A stretch of DNA of 64,000 nt from Eledone cirrhosa (lineage: Eukaryota), in NCBI GenBank assembly GCA_964016885.1, contig OZ024742.1:300948001-301012000 (forward strand), read 5' to 3'. The translations under genes and the position numbers were made by a program. The notes below the pieces were generated by a model. It was not told the origin of the DNA. It worked only from the letters and a program-made list of their open reading frames with translations, and did not search any database. How positions within the stretch are numbered: the first letter of the stretch is position 1; each line of letters starts with the position of its first letter. This document shows, piece by piece, positions 50,880 through 64,000 of the stretch.

Positions 50880-52560
50880 TATTTCTAGCATTTACATATG
50901 TTTCATTGCCGTATATGAGTTTTTTTGTCTTGAAATCACTATTCTCAATAATCGGGAAAAATCGAATTCAAGTACTGTGGAATATTTCTTACTCCGTATA
51001 TGGCAAATTATCAGAACAGAGTGACGATCACCATCAATTCAGACCTTATAAACTGGGAAGAGGAGAATACATATATGTATACAGTTATGCCATCAGGAAA
51101 GTTGCCTTGTTTGATGTCAGAAAGGGGTTAAACAATGTGTGTTGTGTATATCCCCTCCATAATGAAGGAGCGGAAATTTTGATGTATTGAATTTCATATT
51201 ATTTTCATCTGGCTATCAATAAATGAGGTTTGGCTCATTTTGGAGTGTGACGACATCTTCTGAGGTTTGGATAGCTATCAATATTTTTGTGTCATCGGCA
51301 AAACTTGTTAGGTTGGTCAAGTGTAGCTGTGAGCTGATAGGGTGATGATAAATATTAATGGTCCTAAAAACCATGCCCTGAGGTATACCACTTACTAAAG
51401 GGGACTTGGAAGAAAGAAAACCGTTTTCAGCAACAGATTTATTCCTACACTATAAGAAGTCAAAAGCCATTTACTGAGTTTTCCTGTGATACCTTGACCT
51501 ATGACAGATGGTTCTATGAGCAATCTTGTGAAATGCCTTGGCAAAATCAAAGTATATGCAGTTAGTATTCATTCCTTTCAGAAGATTATTGAGGATAGTG
51601 TTATAGTGCTATAACAGTTGTGTCAAGCAACCATGCCCTATCAGAAGACCATGCTGTTTATCACTAAAGAAGTTGCTTTCCTCAAGGTTGGCAATGATTC
51701 TTTTTTCAGACAATTTGTTCTACAATTTTAGATGTGTAAGATGTGACAGAAACAGGTTTGTAGTTTCCCTCCTTTATGCATAGATATAATGGAGCCATAT
51801 GGCCTAGTGGTAAGGGTGTTGGACTTACAATCATAATATTGTGGGTTTGATTCCTGGACTGGTTTGTGTGTTGTGTTCTTCAACAAAAGACTTCATTTCA
51901 CATTACTCCAGTATACTTAGCTGAAAATGAGTACCAGCAACAGCTGGGGGTTTAACCCAGCAATGGACCAGCATCCTGTCCAGGGTAAATCTTGTACTTT
52001 CAGTTGCTTCATGCCATGAAACCAGGATAAGCACCAGCCTAACAGGCCTTAAATGGTTGAAAACAGACTTTAGACTGTTACTGTTATTTCTTTCAGTAGT
52101 TTTGGGAATATGCCTGTTTCTAATGACATTTGGAATAGGCTATTTTTACAAGTTTTTAACAGTATGGTAGAGACTATCTGGTCCTGGTTCTGAGTTTAAA
52201 TACAGATCATTAATAGTTGTAACTATATCATCTATAATATCTTTAATTTTTTGCCATGCTTCTGCAGTTAAATTCTGCAGGGCAAATGATTTCAACAAAC
52301 TGGAATCAGGCAATTCAGAGTCTTGCTTGTATCTACACAGTGCTCCTAAATGATGCAAAAAGGAGTATTGAGATAGAAGCCAAGCTAAAACAAGGAGTAA
52401 TTCCATTGACACTAGTGATGTTACGAGGAAGTTTAAGGAGCGTTACTATCAGCATGGCTTCTGGGGCCTGTCCAGGTCTACAAAATACCCTTGTCAAGAG
52501 AGATGTGTAAGAGTTTCCTATCAAAATGCCAAGGTCTCCCACCAAAGTACAAAGAAAAAG
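50880..52560 (-). pseudogene. Highly decayed CR1/L2-like LINE RT remnant
   Basis: Minus strand encodes FADDTKI (about 51283-51303), GIPQG (about 51376-51390) and YFDFAKAF (about 51531-51554). Confidence 0.65.
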
Positions 52561-52586
52561 TGTTCAAAACTGATGTAGAGTTTAAA

Positions 52587-52724
52587 ATATTCATTTAATG
52601 GCTAAATGGTGAGCCTTGTTACTCTGGAGTTTCAACTAAGCACTCGCAGGATCAGCAGTCTGAATGATCCTATGAGTGCTTAGGTGAAACTCTTAGGCTC
52701 ACCACTGAGCCAGTAAATGAATAT
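52587..52724. repeat. Imperfect palindrome of two decayed divergent HHR-like arms
   Basis: atattcattta.tggct...ggtgagcct...gagtttca.ctaagcactc..aggatca mirrored; the minus arm retains GAAA-CUC CA GAG-UA. Confidence 0.55.
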
Positions 52725-53078
52725 ATCATATTTATATATATATATGTGTGAGAGAGAGAGAGAGTCCTGGGTTCAATCAGAGGTAACCATAGTAATTGAC
52801 TCAATACGTTAGTAGAGTGTAAACAATAAATTTAATATAGAATTTGGCTTCAGCAGGACTAGAACTGTTTCATTCAGAGACACATATACATGCATGTGTG
52901 TATTTATATAATTATATATGTGACCATATATATGTGTGTGTGTGTGTATGTGTAAGTGTGTGTAATACACTAGTTATAAAGACACCATGTATATACTTGG
53001 CAGCTGTGTTCTTGCTTCGAATAATTTACACATCACACAGTGAGGTTTATTTAAATACTGCTCCACTTGTTCTACATA

Positions 53079-53128
<50 letters not shown>

Positions 53129-53197
53129 TATGTATGTATGCATATATGTATATATGCATATATGTATGGATGTATATATATGTATGTATGCATACAT

Positions 53198-53359
53198 CTA
53201 TGTATGTATGTATATTAAAGACAAGGTTTCTTTGTTCACAAATAATTGAAGAATTGTTTTGCAGAGATGCTGCTCTAAGATAATATGGAATCTATGTAGC
53301 ATCAGAAGTATCAAAAATACATTATCATCATCATCATCACTAGCATGGGTTGTCATACT
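53198..53359 (-). CDS. COPS3: Tentative terminal coding exon of COPS3 ([12 protein letters not shown]...)
   Basis: Acceptor ttcctacctctcaggttacAG in phase 0 giving QK|SM...DD, like vertebrate VQK|SMGSQEDD; the downstream residues are not recognisably homologous. Confidence 0.3.
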   Translation of the reverse strand, partial: SMTTHASDDDDDNVFLILLMLHRFHIILEQHLCKTILQLFVNKETLSLIYIHT

Positions 53360-53944
53360 CTGTAACCTGAGAGGTAGGAATGACTGCATCCGGTTCATAG
53401 TTTCAGACATATGTATATCTAGGACTATATTGTCTAAGTATAATTCCAGCAGGTTGAATGACCTCATCAAAACTCCCCTCATGGACTCATTAACTCAGTT
53501 ATTTCTATGTAACCCCTTATAGACTCATTAGCTCAGTTATTACTGTGTAACTCCTCATGGGCTCATTAACCCAGTTATTACTGTGTAATCCCATTAGTTT
53601 CAGAGACCCTGAAAAGGATCTTAGCCACAACTCTTCCCTCCCCAACTAAACAGTAAAAATTTTTTAAAAATTACTATCCCACTATAGTCATACATTTTTA
53701 GGGCAATACAGAGACACTTAAAGATTTAGGTGTCAATCTTAGCAAGTCAAACTACAACATAGTGGCTCCTTCATTGGCATCTTCTTAAACTAGTTGTTGC
53801 TGTTTAGCCCTAAGTCAGCTCAGACCAAGCCTCATTTTCATTAGTTGGTAGGGTGTGATTTGAGGGAAATTAAGCTGTTATCTATAACAGATCAGGCTAG
53901 TTAACTTAGCAGTACCTTACAGTGGAGAATTTGGGGTCTGATTT

Positions 53945-55895
53945 GAGGGAGATTAGACTATAATGTATAACAGGTGAGGCTAGTTAACTTAGCAGTACCT
54001 TAGTGGAACATTTGGGGGTTTTTTTTAGGGAGATTAGGCTATTATGTATAGGTCAAGCCTGTTAACTTAGCAATACCTTACAATGGAAAATTTTACACAT
54101 ATTTGTGATGTAGAAAATTCAGTTATCCATGGTTTTGTAATCACAATAGTTTGAATGTTGTTAGAGTTTCATACTGGAAGCCAGGAACATATATAGCTAT
54201 ATACACACCTATGCTCCACTGTAGTACATAAAGATCAATATATAGACCTTTAGCAAAGTCGTGTATTTAACCTATGCTACACTATTATATATATATACTC
54301 CTGTGCAAGACACACACACATATATATACCAATATACATACACACACACACACAATATATATACATATACATACACACATACACAGCTGTGACACAGACA
54401 CACAATATATATACATATACACACACACCTGTTACAACCATACACTTACAACTCCCACACATATAACATACTCACCATCACCATCATTATCATTTCACTT
54501 CTGCTTTCCAAATTGGCATGGGCTGGAGAAGTTATCATAGTCTGAGGCCTGATGGGATCTGAGCAACCAATCTCACTCATTACATTCCATATATGACATG
54601 GTTTCTACAGCTAGATGCCTTTCCTAACATCAACCACCTTACAGAGTGTACTGTGTATGCTTTATTGTGTCACCAGCACTAATACTTTACATTTTTTGAA
54701 CTTAGATAGATATATTTTTATTTATTGCCACGAGAGTGCAAAAGAAGGGGACAAATAGATAGTCATTGAGCAAGCTATTGATATGCATGTGAGGCATTTT
54801 ATATTGATTTTATTTTCCTACTGAATGATATAATTTTGATGAAGTACACTCCTCTAGACTATATCTCATAACACAAGGGGAACTCCATGACCTTGTCAGG
54901 GATCTACAACTATCTAAAAATAAGGAGGGAGATTAGACTATAATGTATAACAGGTCAGGCTAGTTAACTTAGCAGTACCTTAGTGGAACATTTGGGGGGT
55001 TTTTCAGGGAGATTAGGCTATTATGTATAGGTCAAGCCTGTTAACTTAGCAATACCTTACAATGGAAAATTTTACACATATTTGTGATGTAGAAAATTCA
55101 GTTATCCATGGTTTTGTAATCACAATAGTTTGAATATTGTTAGAGTTTCATACTGGAAGCCAAATGACACAGTAAGGCAGGAACATATATAGCTATATAC
55201 ACACCTATGCTCCACTGTAGTACATAAAGATCAATATATAGACCTTTAGCAAAGTCGTGTATTTAACCTATGCTACACTATTATATATATATAAATATAT
55301 ACTCCTGTGCAAGACACACACACATATATACCAATATACATACACACACACACACACACAATATATATACATATACACACACACCTGTTACAACCATACA
55401 CTGACAACTCCCACACATATAAACATGCACTTTTAACATACTCACCATCACCATCATTATCATTTCACTTCTGCTTTCCAAATTGGCATGGGCTGGAGAA
55501 GTTATCATAGTCTGAGGCTTGATGGGATCTGAGCAACCAATCTCACTCATTACATTCCATATATGACATGGTTTCTACAGCTAGATGCCTTTCCTAACAT
55601 CAACCACCTTACAGAGTGTACTGTGTATGCTTTATTGTGTCACCAGCACTAATACTTTACATTTTTTGAACTTAGATAGATATATTTTTATTTATTGCCA
55701 CGAGGGTGCAAAAGAAGGGGACAAATAGATAGTCATTGAGCAAGCTATTGATATGCATGTGAGGCATTTTATATTGATTTTATTTTCCTACTGAATGATA
55801 TAATTTTGATGAAGTACACTCCTCTAGACTATATCTCATAACACAAGGGGAACTCCATGACCTTGTCAGGGATCTACAACTATCTAAAAATAAGG
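53945..55895. repeat. Tandem duplication of a unit of about 980 bp
   Basis: 53945-54925 is nearly identical to 54925-55895 apart from small indels. Confidence 0.92.
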
Positions 55896-55979
55896 CAGAG
55901 CTGCTAGGCTCTTGTCTTCAACTGGAATCTCCTTACAGCTGTGAAGATTTCAAAATGTTGTGACCATCAGCAGCAGTTC

Positions 55980-56390
55980 AGCAATTTCTTCATAATGAAA
56001 GGTGATTTATTGGCCTGCAACAGTATTAATGGTCTGATGGAAGCACTTGGTATTGAATACGAACTGTCCCTGGAGGCTGTCCATAGATTCATCAAAAACT
56101 AGTCTGAAAGGTGTTTTGCAGCATAATGGCAATAGTGAACCATCAGTTCCTGTGGGCTATGCATCACATATGATAGAAACTTATGAGAATATAAAGCATA
56201 TGTTGTAATGCATAAAATATGATGAACATCAATGGCAGCTCTGTGGTGACTTAAAGGTTGTTGCTCTTGTGATAAGCTTGCAGGGTGGATACACCAAGTA
56301 CTGCTGCTTTCTGTGTGAATGGGACAGCTATGCAAGGTTCTCACTATATTAAGAGAGACTGGCCACCTCATCAATCATTGGAGCCTGGTT
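55980..56390 (+). pseudogene. Chapaev3-like transposase fragment
   Basis: WRLSIDSSKTSLKGVLQHNGN, WQLCGDLKVV, LQGGYTKYCCFLCEWDS; homologous to 19.9-20.3 kb. Confidence 0.75.
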
Positions 56391-56589
56391 TAATTTTTCC
56401 TGTAGGAAATAAAGACGTTAAGAAAACAAGTGTGTAGTGGAGCCACATACATTCATCTGAATGTTTTTTTTTTTGGTAAGTTTGCTGGATACATAAGTCA
56501 CTGTCAAGCAGCCAGTATGTGAGGTGCTGTACAAATCATCACATTTTCATTTCACCGAATACTGCCAACAAGGTTCCTGAGTACCATGA

Positions 56590-56850
56590 AAACTGGCGAC
56601 ATGGATGTATGGGTACAACCTGGAAACCAAAGGTCTGTCACCTCAGTGGAAGCATCTAATGTCACCAAGGCCCCCAAAAGCTAGTCAAGTGTAGAGCAAA
56701 ATTAAGGTGATGCTGACTGTTTTCTTTGTCTACCAAGGCATTGTGTATCAAGAATTTGTATCGGAAGGACAGTTACAAAGGAGTATTATCAGGAAGCCCT
56801 CCATCTTTGTGATGCATTTCAGCATGAGAGACCAGATTTGTGGCATTCAT
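56590..56850 (+). pseudogene. mariner transposase fragment
   Basis: TGD.., YGYNLETK..SPQWKH..SPRPPKA, SKIKVMLTVFF, GIVYQEFV, EYY, RPDLW. Confidence 0.7.
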
Positions 56851-58099
56851 ATAACTGCATCATGACTGTACTGAGTGTGCTTATGTCAACAAAAGTGGAG
56901 AGGTTGTGCCATTGACAAAACTTAGCCATCTTGACCCTATTTTCACCATCACTGTACACTTCCACCTTTAACCCTTTAGCATTTACATTACTCAATATAT
57001 ATACTATTATATTTTCATGGTAAAGGCTTTCTCTCACATATCGAATCTCTGAGATTTTGATGATATTTATTTTGAAAACAATACCTTAACATCAGTATGA
57101 GTGGCCGGTTACAACTGGTTTGAACAGAAAGAGGTGAGAGAATTCTGGCTGGATACGACCGGTTTAAATGCTAAAAAGTTAATGATGAATATTTATGTAA
57201 ACAAAAGCATCATCATTTTACAAGCATCTTTCCAGTTCAATGTAAATTGTAGGTACAGTGGTACAGGAAAGTGTCAGAAGGTAGTGACCAAGTAGACAGG
57301 TGTCAAATTCCAGCCTGTCATCCTTGATTAAACTCAAGTATTTCTGTGTGATCCTTTTATAGAGCTTATAATTAACAAAGACCAATGGAGTTTCCAAATA
57401 GCAATTTATTTGAATTCTTTACAATTGTTTCTGAGCATAAGATCCTGTGAATTTCCATATTCCAAAAAATAATAAATTGCTGTTTGAAAACTCCATTCAT
57501 TTTGGTGGTTATATATCACACTATACAACTGCAATAATAACAGATGTATATGTGTGGTTGCATGTTTGTGAATGCATGTGAGTATACACACACACACACA
57601 GGTGTGACAATTGTTAAGACAATTACACAGGTACAAAGTGACCAGAAAAAAAAACAAAAGTCTGTTAAAAGGAACAATAAAAAGAAAAGCAGTTTATTGG
57701 AGTCTGAGCTGTTATTAATTACCATAGCAACAGGTTGTTGTTGTTGTTGTTGATAGTGGTGGTGGTGGTGGTGGTGTTGTTGGTGGTGTTTGGGGCAGGG
57801 AGTCAGAACAATTTCTAAGACCAGAACAAAAGCCAATCTTAAGTTTATCCCAAAACAGTGAAATCATATGGTTGGGAGGGGGAGTCATTGTCCAGTTAAT
57901 GTGGTCACATTAAATCTCCTTGACCAATATGGCTCAATTTGAATCCAAAGAGTTTAGGTGACAGTTAAGGGGTGACAGATGTTTTAGTATCCTTGACCCT
58001 TGATAGAAGAGGAACCAGAAAGTTCTTCCTCGTGTAAACCACAACTCTGAAAGAAGAAAAAACATTAAAGCATTAAAGTCAGATATGTTAATTTCATTG

Positions 58100-58830
58100 A
58101 TATGGTGGTGATGATGGTAGTGTTGTTGTTGTTACAGGTGGTGGTGGTGTTGCTACAGGTGGTGATGGTGGTGTTGCTACAGGTGGTGATGGTGGTGGCG
58201 ATGTTGGTGTTATTGCTACAGGTGGTGGTGGTGGTGTTATTGGTGATGATGGTAGTGTTGTTGTTACAAGAGGTATTATTGGTATGTTGTTGGTATTATT
58301 GGTGGTGATGGTGGTGGTGTTGTTGTTACAAGAGGTGTTGGTATTATCAGTAGTGTTGTTGTTGCTGTTGTTACTAGTGGTGGTGGAGGTAGTGTTAGTG
58401 GTGATAATGGTAGTGCTGTTGTTGCTGGTGGTGGTATAGGTGATGATGGTAGTGTTGTTGCTACAGGTGATGATGTTGGTGTTATTGGTGATGTTGGTGT
58501 TGTTGTTGTTGTTATTGCTAGAGGTGGTGATGGTGGTGTTAGTGGTGGTAATGGTAGTGTTGTTGTTACTAGGAGTGGTGGTGGTGTTTTTGGTGGTTTT
58601 AGTGGTGTTAGCGGTACTATTGTTAGTCAAGGTGTTGATGGTTTTAGTGATAGTGTTGTCGTTGGTTGTGGTATTGTTGTTGTTGATAGAGGTAGTTGTG
58701 GTGATGTTGGTGAAGCTGGAATTGTGGATGTTAGTGGTAGTGATGGTAGTAGTGTTGTTAGTGTTGGTGGTGATAGCAAAGATATTGTTATGGCTGTTAA
58801 TGATGGTAGTATTGTTGTTGTTAATGTTTA
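58100..58830. repeat. Degenerate (GTG/GTT)n low-complexity tract (similar at 61870-62135)
   Basis: Visible triplet-based repeat. Confidence 0.9.
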
Positions 58831-58959
58831 GTCAAGGAGGTAGGGAAAAGGTTCATGACCCTTTCAGGGATTCTAGGACTGATTAGATGGAATTAAGAAG
58901 ATATCCAGAGGCCTGACTGAAATTGTTATAACTGAGTGGACTCTGCTAAAGGTATCCAA

Positions 58960-59127
58960 AGGCCAAGTGGTGTTGGTGGGGGGTTGAACCAGGTGTCAGA
59001 TTAAGTCTACCACCCAAGAGCTAGGTGGTGGTGTTAAACCAGGTGGAAGGTTAAGTCTATGACCCAAGAGCTAGGTGTTAGTGATGGTGGTGTTGAAACA
59101 GGTGATAGATTAAGTCTACCACCCAAA
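58960..59127. repeat. About 50-bp minisatellite (second array 60435-60665)
   Basis: Unit ggtggtgttgaaccaggt..cagattaagtctaccacccaagggcca; about 3 and 5 copies; each followed by a minus-strand SINE head (gatttgaactc). Confidence 0.8.
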
Positions 59128-59850
59128 CAGGCTACAGTAGGATTTGAACTCAGAATGTAGAGAGCAGAAACAAATACAAGGTATTTTGTCCTCCTATCTA
59201 AAAGCTCTACTAATTTGCTGACTCAACTGAATAACAAACTCCATCAAATTAATGGTATCATCACCATCATCATCATCATCATCATCTAGAAGAAAATGGA
59301 TGCTAACATGTCACCATTGATGTGGAATTGTACAACACAGATAACTAAACAATGACATTTGTCAATATGTCACCACTGATGTTAAACTGGTACAGCATTG
59401 ACAACTAAACAAACATGAAGATAAGGTTTTTTTTTACTTTATCTTAATATCATCTAGTCCTTGGACAGTCAAACCATGTAGCAGGTTTTCAACTTAGGAT
59501 TGCAAGCTCAGTTAATTTTTAGTTTCTTGTTGTTTACGGTTGTCAGCTGTTCATCACTATGGTATTTAATAACAGCCAGGAAATCTGAGCCAGCGAGAGG
59601 TAATCAGCTTTAACTAAAGACATAGTGAAGTACCAGGGATGAGATGGCATTGCATGATCCTGTAACTCTTGAGGCAAGTCTAAGGTATTTTTTAAAACCT
59701 AATGGAGCCCAATCCTCTCCAGGTCTGATGAGATAAGAAACATCAATTGTTTAGTTTCCTCAGCTAGCTATAACTCCAGAAAAGGGGATAATTCTGTAAA
59801 TAAGAAAACATCATCAGCATAAAAGAAGAGACACTAAGAGAAAGCCTTAC

Positions 59851-59931
59851 CTTTTGTACATATTGGGAGTTGACAGTAATGGTGTGATCCATGTCTTGTA
59901 ATTTCTCATCCAATGCAATACATTTCTGCAT
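59851..59931 (-). CDS. COPS3: COP9 signalosome subunit 3, internal exon (27 codons)
   Basis: MQKCIALDEKLQDMDHTITVNSQYVQK matches human [27 protein letters not shown]; tttcAG acceptor, GTaagg donor, phase 0. Confidence 0.92.
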
Positions 59932-62900
59932 CTGAAATAGACAAGATGTCCTGATTGAGTGGTTGTATGAGAGAGAGAGAGAATCCCTAATCACTAAGAT
60001 TCAAATGGATGGTGTTTATCACCAGTTTCTATATTGTCAACAGTTGAGATAATATATCTTCCCCTGGAAAGGATGTTCCTTTTTAATGTTTTCCTGTTGA
60101 GGGAATAGAACACAGGACTGCAAATCAATATGTATGTCTATTCATTTTAATCACTTAGTGAAGCAAAGGGCAGTATCACTGACCCTTTCTAGGACCTTTG
60201 AGACTGGTGAGAGGGAGGTAGGAGCAGTGTTCATGAGCTCTTTCAGAGCCTCATTCAAGTGGGAGAGAGGGAAAGAAGGGCAGTACTCATGACTCTTTTC
60301 AGGGAATCTAAGACAGTAGGGCAGTGTCCATGAGCCCTTTTAAACCCTTAATGTCTGGTAGGAAGGGGGGAGAAGAAGATATCCCAAAACTGGAGATTTG
60401 GCACAAATGCTTGCAACAAAATGGACTCTTCCAGATAGTGGTGTTAGACCAGGTAACAGATTAAGTCTACCACCCAAAGGCCAGGTGGTAGCATTAAAAC
60501 AGGTGTCAGATTAAGTTGACCACCCAAGGGCCAAGTGGTGGTGTTAAACTGGGTGATAGATTAAATCTACCACACAAGGGCCAGGTGGTGGTGTTGAACC
60601 AGGTAACAGATTAAGTCTACCACCCAAGGGTCAGGTAGTGGTGTTAAACTGGATGACAGATGAAGTTTTCCAAACAAGTAAGCAAGATTTGAACTCGGAA
60701 CACAGAGCCAGAACAAATACATAGGATATCCTATCAGATGCTCTATCATTCCACCAGTTAACCATCTTTTATGTCTGATTAGAACCACACACTGATACAC
60801 TACCTCAACTGGTTGCTTGCTGTCTTAACTTGAATAGCCATATAATAATAATGGAAATTATTGTGTACAGTGCTCAGGTGCACTACAACTCATCAAAGGT
60901 GCATGTATAGTACATAGAATAATGTACAAATGTCAGGAAAGTGAACAGTGAATGAGTCATGATATACACATGGATACATGCGTGTGTGTGGAGGGGGAAT
61001 GTCAGGTGCAGTGTTGGCAAATTTCAGGAAGTATGGAATCTAAAGATAAATGAAAAACAAATTTATATTAACCCTCTCATTACCATATTTCTAATGAAAG
61101 ACTGGTGTTGGGAGCAGAAGTTAAACATTCATACATAAAATTATAATGGAAATGTTTTCTAAATAAAGTTTTAACTCATAGAATCAAAAGCAGTTTTATC
61201 ACTAGAGTGAAGCAAATTACACAAACATTTGTTCTACAAATATAATATAACAGAAATTAAACTGTGCACACACCACACACCATCATCATTAAGAGCAGCA
61301 GGTATATACTAAGGGTTGGACAGTAATAAAATACTTTTGTCTGAGACAATGTAGTTCATAACATGGCCTACATGTTTTTTTAATCCTTTAGCATTTACAT
61401 TACTCTATATTTACTATTGCATATTCATGGTAAAGGCTTTACCTCTTATAATATCAAATCTATGAGATTTTGATATTATTTATTTTGAGAACAATACCTT
61501 AACGTCGGTATGAGTGGCCAGTTACAGCTGGTTTAAACAGAAAGAGGTGAGAGAATTCTGGCCGGATACGGCCAGTTTAAATACTAAAAGGTTAATAAAA
61601 AATTTAAAAGAAGTACTCAATAAAATACCTAGCAGTGAAATTCTGGATGGGATAGGTAAAAACTTGGAGAATGTTATTTATACAACATCTGTCTGATAGT
61701 AGTTTTATCAATTGCTGTGAAATGTAACAAGTATGATTGATTGTGTCAATAACCTAACCTTAGCCTCAATCCATTTGTATATACAGCAACATATTTAACT
61801 AACTATTACTATAAACATGTCAAACTGCCATCATATGTGGAGAAATTTACATTCCTTTTTTCTCTTGCAGTTGTTGCTGCTATTGCTATTATTGTTGTTG
61901 TTGTTGTTGCTGTTACTGCTGTTGTTGTTGTTGTTGCTGTTATTGATGATGTTGCTGGTGCTGCTGCTATTGATGTTGTTGTTGTTGCTATTGATGTTGC
62001 TGTTAATGTTGTTGCTGTTGCTGTTAATGTTATTGCAGTTGTTGTTACTGTTATTGCTATTAATGTTGCTGTTGAAGACACTGCAGTTGTTGCTTATGAT
62101 TGCTATGGTGGTGGTTGTGATCATTATTGTTGTTACTGGTGACATGAGAATGTTGATACAAGAAGTGTACAACATCAAATACACACAAAAGTAATTTGTT
62201 ATAGCAACATTAATAACAACATTCATGACACAAGCACCATACCAAACAAAGGATGGAGAGGATTCTTCAATTGTATCAAAGACATGACAACCTCTCTGTG
62301 CTGATGCCACGATAAAATGCACACAGTATATTCTGTAAAGTAGTTGGTTATTGAAATCTAGTTGGAGTGCGATGTTCTCAAAGTGTAGTAGCCAAAGTGA
62401 GAATAGATTAGAAAGCTTGTACCGCCATTGAGAAATGAGGAGGGGGAGCTTCTCTCTTGGCATGAGGAGTGGGTAGTTTAATGCCTACATGCTGCAAATG
62501 CTGATGCTGCATGGCAGTGAGTCACAGACCCTGACTGCAAGAGGACGTGGGAGAGCTGGAGAGAAGTGGAATGAGTGTGCTTTCCAGTTAAGTCAATGCA
62601 AAAACCATGCAAAAAAAGGGTTGACACAATAAACTCTCTAGAACTGGCACCATGAAAAATACATCCAGTAGATCCTGTAAGGTGGTTGGTGATAGGAAAG
62701 GCATCTAGCTGAAGAAACCATGCCAAAAAAAGGGTCGAGAGAACTCTACAGTTGTGTCAAAGACATGACAACTTCCCTAATGCTGGTACCACCATAAAAT
62801 GCCCTCAGTTTATTCTAGAATGCAGGAATGTATGTACACTAAATGTGAACACTGATCTGTCTGAGAGGTCAGAGGTTGAGATTAAGTATTGACTTGGTGT

Positions 62901-62965
62901 GTGATGATCCACTGAACCTTTGCTAGCAGGAAGAAGAGACATCATCAGCAACTGCCACTAATTAC

Positions 62966-63079
62966 CTCTGTGTTGAGCTGTAGCAGCATGTGAGCGCTGT
63001 TGTATTTCTCGGGGTTGTCATGGAATTCCACCATCCCGTCTTTCTGGTTGATAGTGGCAAATATTTCACCATCTTCGAT
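62966..63079 (-). CDS. COPS3: COP9 signalosome subunit 3, internal exon (38 codons, end of PCI domain)
   Basis: [38 protein letters not shown] matches human [27 protein letters not shown]; ttttctttccAG acceptor, GTaatt donor. Confidence 0.95.
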
Positions 63080-64000
63080 CTGGAAAGAAAACATTATAAA
63101 GATAAAGTGATAGAGTAAGAGAAAAAGATAGACAATAATTGACAGCATCAGGACAGACACCATTCCACAGGAGACATGTCAGATGAATACATGGCTCACA
63201 TCTCACTACCATGCAGCATGACAGTTTAAACCCAAGCATCATAGAATCTGCTTTTCACTCTGAGAGAGAAGCCTTTTGTTTTCAACAGAGGTAACAGCTC
63301 CCTGAACTTCTTCTACCCCATTCTCATTCTAGCTACAACAGTTTCAGCACAGGTCCCTCCAATGCCTATGAGGTCACCTGGATAGCAAAAGCTATCTACT
63401 ACTTCTAGTGAGCCTTCTGGTCATTTGAGAGAGTTTATTTCACAAGTATCCCGACTGTTGACTATTCCTGTGCACCTGTCGCATACAAAGCCTATCTTCT
63501 CTATCAGCCTACCTGTGATCCAACTATATCTGTGTAGTCATTATACACAATGGATACACTGCATGGAATTTTGACCTATTTTTTTTCTCCAATACTCAGT
63601 ATCATGCTGCTGTCAACTTTGATGATTGGTCCCTTAGATAAGTCCGCTTGGGACAGACCATCACTATCATACATTCTGCTCATTCAAAAAAAAATTCTCA
63701 TAGTAACATTTCCTTGCAGTTTTCTTTTTAGCATCAAAAAATGTAAGCCACAGTCATTCTGCACACATTTCTCCCCAACAATATCTCAGTTCTCCCTACT
63801 ATACTGTCTTGTAATCCAGAATACCTCATGCCCCTGATCCTAGGGCTGTAAAAACTTGACAAACCCCCTACATTTTGTCTCCTATCTTCTATATATGAAT
63901 TTGAGTAACTTCAGTCCGTCACACACTAGAGATGACTGAGGAAGGAAGGGGTGATGATACCATGCACTAGAGATAATTGAAGAAGGGGTGATGACGTCAC

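Noticed and set aside
56349-56415. Alternative COPS3 terminal exon (cctacAG|EKLNQAPMIDEVASLS*)
   Set aside because: Good acceptor, but it lies antisense within a transposase remnant and has no similarity to COPS3 C-termini.
58094-58886. Asn/Thr/Pro-rich and poly-Val/Leu membrane-like ORFs
   Set aside because: Degenerate triplet repeat downstream of the last confident COPS3 exon; no splice or homology support.

Overview
Repeat-dominated eukaryotic (animal) genomic DNA. The SINE families and the extreme microsatellite load point to a cephalopod such as Octopus; this is an inference. The only recognisable host gene is the 3' part of COP9 signalosome subunit 3 (COPS3) on the minus strand: two clear exons at 62966-63079 and 59851-59931, plus one tentative terminal exon. 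Non-LTR retroelements make up much of the rest: a near-intact Tx1/L1-clade LINE (about 31.57-37.27 kb) with several truncated copies sitting in (GATA)n tracts, R4/Dong-like RLE elements sitting in (CATA)n tracts, two Penelope-like (GIY-YIG) elements, and CR1- and RTE-like remnants. DNA transposons include Chapaev3-like and mariner remnants, nested Helitron-like ends, and hAT- and piggyBac-like MITEs. The most striking unannotated signal is a dense set of type I hammerhead ribozyme (HHR) motifs from several unrelated sequence families. Three lie inside 430-590-nt non-coding units with terminal direct repeats embedded in (TA)n, an architecture expected of retrozymes or circular-RNA-derived inserts. 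One carries a compensatory U3-A8 core, and several occur as back-to-back palindromic pairs. All structures were read by eye and coordinates of degenerate elements are approximate. Most ORFs in the supplied track are microsatellite artefacts.
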